Shown here piece by piece: positions 49,529-60,296 of a stretch of DNA of 64,000 nucleotides (positions within the stretch are counted from its first letter, which is position 1; each line of letters opens with the position of its first letter). The stretch is from assembly GCF_044704955.1 (NCBI RefSeq), contig NC_091985.1:183272001-183336000 (forward strand). Reading direction: 5' to 3'. The notes under the pieces are model-generated. The model had not been told where the DNA came from. It saw only the letters and a program-made list of their open reading frames with translations, and ran no database searches. Origin of the DNA: Pristiophorus japonicus. Lineage: Eukaryota. The translations under genes were made by a program, and so were the position numbers.

Positions 49529-51561
49529 CAAATCTGTTATGTTCAAAGAAACTGCTTCTTCTGCATAACCCATGTAAACGATTAGGGCTAACTTGCAGGC
49601 TAATGAATCGGGAACATTACAACCGGTCGGCTATGCATCCAGGAGTCTCTCCAAGGCCGAAAGGGCTTACAGCATGATTGAAAAAGAAGCTCTGGTTTGT
49701 GTTTACGTGTTAAAAAAATGCACAAGTATCTGTTTGGTTTCAAGTTTGAGCTAGAAACCGACCATAAGCCGTTCATATCGCTATTCTCAGAGAGCAAAGA
49801 GATTAACACCAATGCCTCTGCCCGCATCCAAAGATGGGCGCTCACGCTGTCGGCATACAACTATGTAATTCGCTGCAGTCCAGGCACAGAGCACTGCGCT
49901 GATGCTCTCAGTCGGCTCCCATTGCCCAACACCCGGGTGGAAATGGCACAGCCTGCAGACTTGCTGTTGGTGATGGATGCATTCGAAAATGAAAAGTCAC
50001 CTATTACGGCCCGCCAGATCAGGACCTGGACCAGCCAGGATCCTTTACTGTCCCTGGTAAATAAAAACTGTGTCCTCCATGGGAGCTGGTCCAGCATCCC
50101 AGCGGAGATGCAGGAAGAGAACAAGCCATTCCAGAGGCGGAAAGATGAAATGTCCTTACAGGCGGACTGACTTTTGTGGGGTAATCGCGTGGTCTTGTCC
50201 AAGAAAGGCAAGGAAACGTTCATACGCGACCTACACAGTACCCACCCAGGCATAGCCAGATCCTATGTGTGGTACCCCAGCATGAACTCAGATTTGAGTA
50301 ATGTGTGCACCAATGCAACACTTGCTCTCAACTGAGGAATGCATCCAGAGAGGCACCGCTAAGTTTGTGGTCGTGGCCCTCCAAACCATGGTCTAGGATC
50401 CACGTTGACTTTGTGGGCCCATTTCTAGGCAAAATGTTCTTGGTTGTTGTGAATGCTTATTCAAAATGGATTGAATGTGTAATAATGTCTGTAAGCATGT
50501 CCACCGCCACCATCGAAAGCCTACGAGACACGTTTGCCACACACGGCCTGCCAGATGTCCTTGTCAGTGACAATGGGCCCTGTTTCACCAGTGCTGAATT
50601 CAAGGAATTCATGACCCACAATGGTATCAAGCACGTCACATCTGATCTGTTCAAGCCTGCATCCAACGGCCAGGCAGAACGGGCAGTTCAAACCATCAAG
50701 CAAAGCTTGAAACGTGTGTCGGAAGGCTCCCTGCCGACCCGACTGCCCGAGTCCTGCTCAGCTACTGCACCAGACCCCATTCGCTCACTGGAGTCTCCCC
50801 AGCCGAGCTGCTCATAAAAAGGGTGCTCAAGACAAGGCTCTCGCTTGTCTAGACTGATCTCCATGATCACATCGAGGGCAGGCGGCATCAACAAAGCATG
50901 TATCATGACGTCGCAAACTTGTCACACGATCTTGAAGTCAATGGCCCTGTATTTGTACTATGGACATGGTCCCAAATGGCTTGCTGGCACGGTCATAGCC
51001 AAAGAAGGGAGTAAGGTATTTCAGGTCAAATTGGCCAATGGACTAAGGTGCAGAAAGCATTTGGACCAAAGCAAATTACGGTTCACAAACAGCCACGAGC
51101 AACTGAAGAGGACTCCACCAACTTCGACCCTTCAACACACATGCAAGTGGCAACCAACATCACTGTTGACCACGAAGCTGAACTCACCATCCCCAGCAGC
51201 CCGGCAAGGCCAGCTGCCCAGCAGCACACCGAAGAACTAACTAACTCACCCACACCTGCATTTGTACCGAGATGATGGACAAGGGAGCGAAAAGCCCCAG
51301 ATTGTCTCACCCTGTAAATAAGTGTACTACTGACTTTGGGAGGGAGTGATGTTATGTATGTAACCCTTGGCAACTTGTATCACACCACCACCAGAGGGCC
51401 TACCACTTGGAGTCCCAAGGGATCCCAGCATCCCTTGGGAGCACTGAATATAAGCAGGCCACCCACGAGGTACCTGCAACCTGGAGCTAATTAATGGAGC
51501 TAATGTCACACATACTCATTGCATACAGTACTCAGTTGTATCCTTTATAATGAGCATAACA
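49529..51561 (+). mobile_element. Gypsy/Ty3 LTR retrotransposon, 5'-truncated (RNase H, integrase, 3' LTR)
   Basis: ETDHKP, RIQRWALTLSAYNY, ADALSRLP, RIHVDFVGP, VSDNGPCF, SNGQAERAV (DDE core). Purine tract at about 51337-51349; LTR TG..CA 51350-51561. Confidence 0.92.
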
Positions 51562-51699
51562 ATATCTTTGTTCATTACCCACCTTTCGCCCTAATTAGAG
51601 TTGCTTTCACCAGCATGACCATTCCCCATACTGAGGCTCTCTAATTAACGAGCAGAGCATAAACACTGACATCACTGGTTCATCTGAATGGCCCATTTC

Positions 51700-52176
51700 T
51701 GTGCCGTATATCCTAGGTAATTTTGTAGTCTCAGTATAAGTGGTCCCTGGATTTGATGCCTCAGTGTTACTGGTCCCTGGATTTGTTGTCATGGTGTTAG
51801 TAATCCCTCAATTTGGTGTCACGATGTAATTCATCGTGGATTTGATGTCTCATTATAACTGGTCCCTGAATTTGGTGTTACAGTATAAATGTCCCTGGAT
51901 TTGATGCCTCAGTGTAAGTGGTCCCTTGTTTGGTTTCACAACGTAAGTGGTCCCTGGAGTTGGTATCACAATGTAAGTGGTCCCTGGATTTGGTGCCATA
52001 CACTGTGAGGTCCCTCGATTTGATGTCATTATGTAAGTGGTCCCTGGATTTGGTATCACAATGGAAGTGGTCCCTGGATTTGGTATCACAATTTATGTGG
52101 ACCCTGGATTTGGTATCACAATGTAAGTGAACCCTATATTTGGCGTCACAATGCAAGTAGTCCCTGGATTTGTTGT
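51700..52176. repeat. 30-bp minisatellite; its last unit is the ERV integration site
   Basis: Unit GTAAGTGGTCCCTGGATTTGGTATCACAAT; the final unit ...GGATTTG[TTGT] continues as [TTGT]CAC after the ERV. Confidence 0.9.
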
Positions 52177-52726
52177 TGTAAATTCCCGGATTCTTTTACC
52201 TCAATCTGGTTCAGTAAAATTACTGAGTCGAATACCTCTTGTGCTTTGAACAAAGCAGTCTTTATTACCGGCCAGTAAGACCTATCAGACAGAAGATATA
52301 CTCTCTGGATAGAGCGTACACACTCCCTACGGATATGTGAAGTTACATCGTAAAGCGTTAACAGTTATACAGTTTTGAAATCAGATAACAAAATACAAAT
52401 GGATTGACAGTCTAACTCAGCCACTCATTAGTCAATCTATATGAGATGTTCTTCTTGAAAGCTCAAGTATTGCCTCTAAATGTTTCAATCTAATGGTGTG
52501 ACTATTAACTGAGACCTTGCAATTCTGCAGATGTATTTCATGTTACAATTATATATTATTGGCAGGATTAGTGACTTGAAACCTTGAGACAGACTGTTAG
52601 CTATGCTGATGTTGCACTATTTGCAATCTGACATTCTCCCAGCTATTCTTCCATGGCTTATACATTTTCATATATCCCGTTTACTTTACTGTCCTTAATT
52701 CCATATATTCCGTTCAGATATCCACA
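52177..52726 (-). repeat. ERV 3' LTR
   Basis: Direct repeat of 59236-59785 with about 5 substitutions by eye; AATAAA on the minus strand at 52261-52266. Confidence 0.97.
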
Positions 52727-52738
52727 TCCCCCCTTTTA
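52727..52738 (-). promoter_or_regulatory. ERV polypurine tract
   Basis: TAAAAGGGGGGA immediately before the 3' LTR TG on the minus strand. Confidence 0.9.
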
Positions 52739-52761
52739 TCATTCCATGATAACATTTAGGA

Positions 52762-53455
52762 TCATTCTATGAGTATTGCATTGTTGAGTAGTTCTCTAGT
52801 TTGTTGGATCATAACCCGGGAACCCTTGACCACAAGAGGGTCTGCTAACCTTGTCATTGCTTTACAGCAGAGGTTAAGGCAACCAACAATCAAACAGCAG
52901 GTAATTATTGTGATGAGAATAATTGCCCCATGTATTAGATCAAACCTGCTAAGTTCCTTTGCTGGTGTGGATAACTTCTTCACCTCCCTCCTTATGTGAT
53001 CGTCAAGGTGGGTTATGTTTTCTGAACTATCAGGAATGTAAGTGCAACATTCAGATCCTATCAGGGCACACGTTCCCCCTTTCTCAGCTAACAGGTAATC
53101 GAGGGCCATTCGGTTTTGTAATGCTACGGTCCTTATCGCTACCATTTCAGCTGTGATGCCCTCCAGAGCCTCAGCAGTGCGGTTAGCTACCTGTTCCAAT
53201 ATCGTTTCTTTGAATCCATCTAACAGTCTCAGTTAGGGTCAGGGGAACGGTGCGCAAAGGAATTCCCCCTTTGGGATGTATAGGGATATGTGAACACACC
53301 CAGCATCTAGTGAAGTGCCCTTTTTCCGCATAAACGTAAGACATATACAAAAAGGTGTTTACATGGAGCTCTCGCCTTTGTCTTTCTTCCCGTGCACCAA
53401 AACTGTCATATATCAACACTATTATGCAGACAGTAGCATACAGACACAGTCTCAT
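52762..53455 (-). pseudogene. env: ERV env, gamma-type, most of SU deleted
   Basis: Signal peptide MRLCLYATVCIIVLIY and CWVC (CxxC) joined out of frame near 53200 to the TM heptad, ISD LQNRMALDYLLAEKGG, CALIGSECC (CX6CC) and membrane anchor. Confidence 0.92.
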
Positions 53456-53654
53456 CTTATAAATAGTCCAATTATTTAGCTGATAAAAAAGTTCTGTTTT
53501 CCCGTTTCCCTTCTTCAGGTCTCCGTCAGTGTATTTGGCTGTCTGACAGGTAAGAGTTCAAACTGATCGTCCTTCAACTGCCTTGTTCAGCTATAGGGAG
53601 GAGGAGATCTGGAACAGAAACAGGAATTAGACTAACCAGCAAGATTTGTTTAAA

Positions 53655-54330
53655 CGGTGATGAGCTTGCAGTGGTGCAGGTGAACCCAGGCACTTTTCCT
53701 CTCAACCTTGGCTGCAGTGGGGGTAGTGAGTGACACCTAAAAAGGCCCCTCCCATTGTGGCTCTAATCCCTTCCGAATCCATACTTCCCTGGTGCCACGA
53801 GGGACAATTCGGGTAAAACTGGGAGGTCGAGGTGAGCATCTTGAACCTGGTTGTGAACTAGTCGCAGAGCCTGAGTCAGAGAAAGAACATAGGTGGTCAT
53901 CAGTCTAGCTGAGATCTCATATCTAGGAACAATTTCCCTCATTAACACCTTAACAACAGTCTGAGTCTTATTGTCCAGGTTAGGGTAGGCTTCAATCCAT
54001 CTGCTAAACACATCTACTATTACTAACACATATCTGTAACACTGAACTTTTTGCAACTCAATGTAGTCCAACTGAAATGTCTCAAAGGGACCTTCGGGTA
54101 GGGGCGTTTTACCCCAATCACAGGGGACTCCCTTCCCTGGATTATGTTGCTGGCCAACCAGGCAACGACTACTGATGTTCTGGGTGAGCGCCTGGAGTTT
54201 AGGGTGCCACCAAATAGCCAAAAGCGTATCACTTGTTGCCCTTGCTCCACAATGAGTAGCAAAATGCAGACATTCTATAACCCATGAGGCCAACTCGCAA
54301 GTCTGTTCCGCGGGAATGGTCCAGAGTTTA
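53655..54330 (-). pseudogene. pol: ERV integrase, part of catalytic core deleted
   Basis: H...THCG, GPFETFQLDYIEL, LVIVDVFSRWIEAYP, VPRYEISARL, then a jump to MTTYV..L; C-terminal GPF*VSLTTPTAAKV...WVHLHHCK. Confidence 0.9.
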
Positions 54331-54362
54331 GAAACATTGTCATAAGTACATGCATAATATTT

Positions 54363-55140
54363 TCACAACAGTTTATCTTTTTCAGGGGCGTCCCCCTGTG
54401 CTTTTATAATATCTTGGATGGTTGGCATTGGTTTTTCCGAGGTTAACTTATCCTTCGCAGGATTTTTAGTCTGACTCATAATTTTGGGCACTACCATCTG
54501 TTGGTCACGAGAGGCCTGTTTGGCCTCTTGGTCAGGACAACGATTCCCTATATCAACCAGAGAATTTCCGGTAGTATGGGCGGTACATTTGACAATGGCA
54601 ATGCGTTTGGGGAACATGAGGGCTTGCAACAAATCGGATACTAGCTGTTTATGAGATATCTCATTCTCCTGTGAGGTTAGGAATCCCCTATTTTTCCATA
54701 ATTGTCCGAAATCATGCGCCACCCCAAAGGCATACCTAGAGTCGGTATAGATATTGACTTTGAGATCTTTGGCCAAGATACAGGCTTGGGTGAGGGCGAA
54801 TTGTTGAGCAGAATAGGCGGTTTCAAAGCGGCAGATTCCAAGACCTGATTCTCCTGGTTTACTATGGCGTATCCTGAGATTCGTGTATCTTCTGGATTAA
54901 TAGAAGTACTTCCGTCAACATACATAAACAATCATGACTGGGTTCTTCCTCATCTTGTGGTGGCTCAGTAAGAATACAGTCTGGATCTTCCATTGGTACA
55001 TCAACTAAATCTTCCCTGACTGATGTGGCCTCTTAAATTAAAGAAAAGCAGTCACGACTGGGTTCTTCCTCATCTTGGGGTGGCTCAGTAAGAAAACAGG
55101 CCGGATTAATTGCAGTACAGTGCCGAAAGGTCAGTTTAGG
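54363..55140 (-). pseudogene. pol: ERV connection-domain end plus RNase H
   Basis: AINPACFL, REDLVDVP, MYVDGS, VNIYTDSRYAFGVAHDFGQLWKNRGFLTS, IAIVKCTAH, GNRCPD. Confidence 0.9.
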
Positions 55141-55269
55141 ATTGCCTGTGATTTCAGTGGGTTCTGTCGGATAGAGGGCCAGTCCACATTGCCCTGCACT
55201 GGGATCTCAATTAATGGGAGTATAACCCACTTGGGAGGGGTCCTCTGCCCACACGAGGATCCACATAGT

Positions 55270-55735
55270 CAGGTATGTCTGAGCCAGTATGATGCTGTAG
55301 AGTCGTTAAGACCTTCTCGGGGTCCCCATGAAATTGGACTGTTCGGCCATGTTTTACGATTTGCACATCCCGGCTGGTAGGGTCAGCCTCATCTATGGCC
55401 TTGCGTACCATAACTCCCAAATCTTTAGCATCGTGAGGGGCTAATACTTCACGAGCAATATGCGGTGCCATTGTTAGGGGCTGTTTCCACAGATTCTTAT
55501 CCACTTCCACAAAATCTGCCTCTCTTTCCAGTCCAGTCACTCTAGCCCTTCATAGAATTCCCTTCACTTCCCCTTCGTGATCCTGATAAAAGTTCTGCAG
55601 GTCCTGATTCTTTCCACTGGGATCGTATGCTAGGGTCACGTGATAGGGTGCCTGCGGCAGGTCCAGAGACCACCACTGAGGGGTTCTAGTGCTATAATAC
55701 TGCCGCTTAAGGGTTTCCTGTTTTACAATAATCTC
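55270..55735 (-). pseudogene. Extra pol domain between protease and RT; putative 2H phosphoesterase
   Basis: PYHVTLAY (His codon 55640-2) and APHIAR (His codon 55460-2) in the same frame, 60 codons apart, with one TGA (55550-2) between them. Confidence 0.6.
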
Positions 55736-55739
55736 CATA

Positions 55740-56030
55740 CTCCAAATGCAACTGGAATTTGCAAAGGAGGTCTCTAGCCATCAAGTTACAGTCCAGATTG
55801 GTTGTGATAACAACTCGATGTTCCACCGATTCTTCCTGGTAACCCATTTTAACCGGTTCTGACACTGGGAATGTCGAGATTTGTCCCAGGAATCCTGAAA
55901 GTTCCTGTGTTTCAGTAGAGGCAGGGAGTTTAAGCTTTGATTGTACAGAAGACATGAAGGCTCCCGTATCTATCAAAAAGGGTTGCAACTCATTCAGAAT
56001 GGGTTGTCGTCCGGGGAGGATCCCTGCGTA
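55740..56030 (-). pseudogene. pro: ERV aspartic protease
   Basis: PFLIDTGAFMSSV, flap SGFLG, NLMARDLL. Confidence 0.92.
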
Positions 56031-56059
56031 GTCAATCGGGGGACAATTGACCAAAGGAG

Positions 56060-57459
56060 TTGTTTCTGGGAGAAGTTAGTGTAAGATCCTCCTCTCCCCC
56101 CTTACCCCCCTCCTCTTCCTTTTCCATGCTGACGGTAGGGGCAATTTTTATTCCAATGTCCTTCCTGCCCACAATTAAAACAGTCAATTCCTCTTACCCA
56201 GTCCCGGCCTCTTCCCATACCATGCCGGGGACAATAGGGAGGTTTATTAGCAGGGCTCGGGCCGTTTGGTTGTTTAGTATAACCGTATCCTTGCTGATCC
56301 ATCCAATCCTGTATGCCACACTACGGTTCTATTGATCCTTCCTCTCGAGATGGCTCTTCCTTTCTAGTCACGTATTCAGTCTTGACCCGGGTTGGGGGCG
56401 CACCTCCCCCCTCCCCTTTCTTTTCCTGCCAATAATATCTAACTGCCCTTTCCATCTGTCTGGATAGCGTGAGCAATCAAATCGTTGTTTGAAGATCACA
56501 GACATCTATAGAGAGGTGGTCTGCAGCTTGTTGTGCATCAGGGTTTGGCATTGGTCTGACAGGGAATCGGTGTCGGGACTTTGGGATCTTGGAAATCATT
56601 TCTAGGCCGGAGGATGTTTCAGAGCTGTCTGACTGCTTGACAGTTCTGCGTCTCGATCGGCGGGGGTGTTTGCTATGTCTTTCACAACTTGGACTGGTAG
56701 GTTGACTAGAAAATTTACGGGACTGTTTGTGATGTTGAGATATAGTTCTGCCCTTTCGAGTGTGAGATCTGGTCCTTTCGGCTATATTGCCTGTGAACTG
56801 GGGATCCGAATCGCTATCAGAGGATGAGGAGTCAGTTTGGGTTTGTTGTTTTGGTGATATGTGGTTGTTCCTAACTCTTTTTACCGGAGTGTTAGGTGGA
56901 GGGTGTTGGGAAGAGGACTGGAGCAAGAGGCCAGGGGGTGCGGGAGGCGCCGTTGGGCGCTGAGTCAGTGGCCACTCATCAATTTCATCATCAGCCTCGG
57001 TTAACACAAAGCCAGCCATTTTAACTTGTAGTTGATCAATACCTTTCTCAGAGGTCCCAGAGGATCTCTTAGCAAGTTTCTCGTGCGCACATTCATTCTT
57101 TTTTTTTAAGACGTCTACAGTTTTAACATGTGTTCCCTCTGTCAATGCAAGTCCTAACTTAATAGCATTTGTTTGCCAACTCGATAGAAGTGATGCATCT
57201 TTTAATTCTGACAATAATGTCGCCAGGTTGCAATTACATTTTTTATCCCCTTTTCCTCGTCCCCTTCTCCAAATTAATCCCTGTGCTTTTTTTTTACCTC
57301 TACGCTTCTAGTGTCACCTAGAGGCCACTGGTCATCCCCTAATAATTTGTTCAGGGCTCCTGATAATTTTCTAAAGTCTTCAGCTCTTTCAGGGAATTCC
57401 TCACATAGCTTTTGCAGCGGACTATCCGCATCCGTGGTTTTATCTAACTGATTACCCAT
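56060..57459 (-). pseudogene. gag: ERV gag (MA, late-domain region, NC; capsid missing)
   Basis: MGNQLDK myristoylation-type start, WPLG, PTAPP late motif, zinc knuckle CFNCGQEGHWNKNC; frameshifts; no room for CA between about 56500 and 56300. Confidence 0.85.
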
Positions 57460-57594
57460 TTTCACACTGCCCCTCGTATTACTGTGTCGCTACACGTTCG
57501 TGTCGTCATGCAATTTAAACAAACTTAAAAATAGACACAGACTTTACAGAACTAACACTGACTTTAACTAACTCCAAATAACCAAACTTTACTA

Positions 57595-58085
57595 ATGCTA
57601 ACACTTACCCGCGTCGCCGCGCGATTTCAATACTAAACTACCACGTCGCCTCGCAGTTCACGTCGCCGCGCAATCCGCGTTGCCTCGCAGTTCACGTCGC
57701 CGCGCAATCCGCGTCGACCCGTGGCTCGCGTCGCCGCGCGAGTTAAGATACTTTAAACTTTAAAAGATAAACAAGGACTTCTAACACTTACCCGCATCGC
57801 CGCGTGATTTACAAAATAGACAAAGACTTCTAACACTTACCCGCGTCGCCGCGCGATTTCAATACTTAAAACTTTACTTAAAACTCTAAACACTTAAGAC
57901 TTACAAAGACTTACCTCCATTAGCACTGACTTTCGCGATTCGCGTTGCTGCGCCTCTGCGTCACTACGCGTCGGCGTCACTGCGCGTTCGCTTCGGCCCT
58001 TCTCCTCTCGGCCGCACGTCTCGCGTTGTTTGTGCGTCTGCACCGCTGCGCGTTCGTGTCGGCCCTACCTTCCGAGTTGCTGCGG
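57595..58085 (-). repeat. CpG-rich repeats in the ERV leader
   Basis: Repeated CGCGTCGCCGCGC and TAACACTTACCCGC blocks. Confidence 0.85.
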
Positions 58086-59215
58086 GGTTTTTAAAAAAAA
58101 ATTCAATCAGAGCCTAGACGGGCCAAGTGATATTCAAGGTCCCTTCGTCGTACCTGAGTTGAACACTGATCCTCTATTTAAATCCCCATTTTATTCCCTG
58201 TGAGCCTAAATTTCTAATTTTGATTTCTTATGAGCCTCAATTAATTTCTTTCAGTCTTCAAATTTCCCTATCCTTTCGCGTTACTGCACAGTTTAAATCC
58301 AATCAGTCAATGAAAGCCCTAATTTAATGGAGTTTTTCTGCCAATTGGACAGGAGTGATTTATTTTTTTCATAATTTAAAATCTCAGAACATTTTTTTTT
58401 AGCACCTATTTAGTACGTTACTTTTTTTTATAACTAGAGAGAAGTCTGGCACGTAGGCTGTGGACTGCTTTTCGTTATCTCAATTGTTCCAGCCTCAAGG
58501 TCGTGTTATTTAATATAATTTTTAAAAAAAATCCTTTTGAATCCATCTCAGTTGTTTTGCTGTGCCTTCTCTGAATGTTTTCTTTCAACAAGTTTTTCTT
58601 TTTTTTTAACCACCGGGACCATGTAATTTTTTCTTTTTTTTTAACAAACCTATCCTTTGGGCATTTCCTGGCTCCGTAACTTATCATGCGAATATACGTA
58701 ATTCAATAAGGTTCACACTCTTAAACTTCCCACATACAAGACAACACTACGAAGGGTTAAAACAAACTTTCATTCTGTTTGAGATAAGACAAACCACAAC
58801 TCCCCGGCTTTTTTTTTTACAGTAAAAGTCACAGAAGCATTTCTCATTTAAACAGACATTCACAAGAGTCTCTTTTCTTTCCTATTAATTTTTTTTTTTT
58901 TTGGATCCATGATTGATCATCTATCCCTATCTAGCTCTAACTATCTTTCCAAGTCGCCGCTTGGTTTGCGTCATCGCGCAATTTCCCTATCTCTATCCCT
59001 ATTCTAAGTTTGAAAGGTATTCACCAGATTGTCCTGGATCTCGTTCAGACCCTACCTGAGAACTAGCGAGTGGCTAAACTTTCCTCAGACTTTTGAAACC
59101 GGGGGAAACTGGAGCAGTATTGAAATCATACTCACTGCAGTGGCCACTTTCCCCTCGTCTCGTCCAAGGCTAGTCTGGCTCTTAATTCGCAAGTTTTCGG
59201 CAGTCGTCCGTTGAG

Positions 59216-59233
59216 ATCCCACTTCTGACACCA
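59216..59233 (-). promoter_or_regulatory. ERV primer-binding site, tRNA-Leu(CAA)-type
   Basis: TGGTGTCAGAAGTGGGAT two bases after the 5' LTR CA; complement of ...ATCCCACTTCTGACACCA, the 3' end of vertebrate tRNA-Leu(CAA). Confidence 0.9.
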
Positions 59234-59235
59234 AA

Positions 59236-59785
59236 TGTAAATTCCCGGATTCTTTCACCTCAATCTGGTTCAGTAAAATTACTGAGTCGAATACCTCTTG
59301 TGCTTTGAACAAAGCAGTCTTTATTACCGGCCAGTAAGACCTATCAGACAGAAGATATACTCTCTGGATAGAGCGTACACACTCCCTACGGATAGGTGAA
59401 GTTACATCGTAAAGCGTTAACAGTTATACAGTTTTGAAGTCAGATAACAAAATACAAATAGATTGACAGTCTAACTCAGCCACTCATTAGTCAATCTATA
59501 TGAGATGTTCTTCTTGAAAGCTCAAGTATTGCCTCTAAATGTTTCAATCTAATGGTGTGACTATTAACTGAGACCTTGCAATTCTGCAGATGTATTTCAT
59601 GTTACAATTATATATTATTGGCAGGATTAGTGACTTGAAACCTTGAGACAGACTGTTAGCTATGCTGATGTTGCACTATTTGTAATCTGACATTCTCCCA
59701 GCTATTCTTCCATGGCTTATACATTTTCATATATCCCGTTTACTTTACTGTCCTTAATTCCATATATTCCGTTCAGATATCCACA
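59236..59785 (-). repeat. ERV 5' LTR
   Basis: 550 bp, TG..CA, adjacent to the PBS. Confidence 0.97.
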
Positions 59786-60039
59786 TTGTCACCAGCACCT
59801 CGTCACTGGGACTGAGGGCAAACCCGCAGCCCAGCAATACATTCAGCACAGAACGATCCCAGAGAAATCTATTCCCAATTAATATTGCCCATTTAATTCA
59901 CCAGAAACATTCCAGTGCCTGCAACGAAATGCAACCCCACGTATAACTTCAGTGAAACACACAATACAAAACATTAAAGGAAAAATAAACCCCATCATAG
60001 TTCAACAGAGGCTATTAATGGGAAGTAAATCCCCCTCAC

Positions 60040-60296
60040 TCATACACCTCCTTCACCCCTACTCTCCAACCCCTCACCAGAACTCCTTTTTCATCCCATT
60101 TATCTCAAACTCTCACCCCGACTCCTCTCTCACTCCTAATCTCCAATTCCCCTCATCCAACTCCTCTTTCACCCCTACTCTCCAAACCTTTCACCCCAAC
60201 TCCTCTTTTACCCCTACTCTCCAAACCTCTCACCCTAACTCCTCAGTTACCCCTACTTCCCAAACCCCTCACCCCAACTCCTCTTTTACCCCTACA
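60040..60296. repeat. 39-bp pyrimidine-rich tandem repeat, about 6 copies
   Basis: CTCCAAACCTCTCACCCCAACTCCTCTTTCACCCCTACT-like units. Confidence 0.85.

Larger units (their letters stand above)
52177..59785 (-). mobile_element. Class I (gamma/epsilon-like) endogenous retrovirus, internally deleted provirus
   Basis: Two 550-bp TG..CA LTRs, TSD TTGT (52173-6 and 59786-9), PBS, PPT, and gag-pro-pol-env order. Confidence 0.97.

Noticed and set aside
39829-51561. Single Gypsy element bounded by the LTRs at 39829 and 51350
   Set aside because: The LTRs are in opposite orientation, each is preceded by its own PPT, and their sequences differ.
59216-59233. tRNA-Leu gene
   Set aside because: Only the 18-nt 3' end including CCA, adjacent to an LTR: a primer-binding site.
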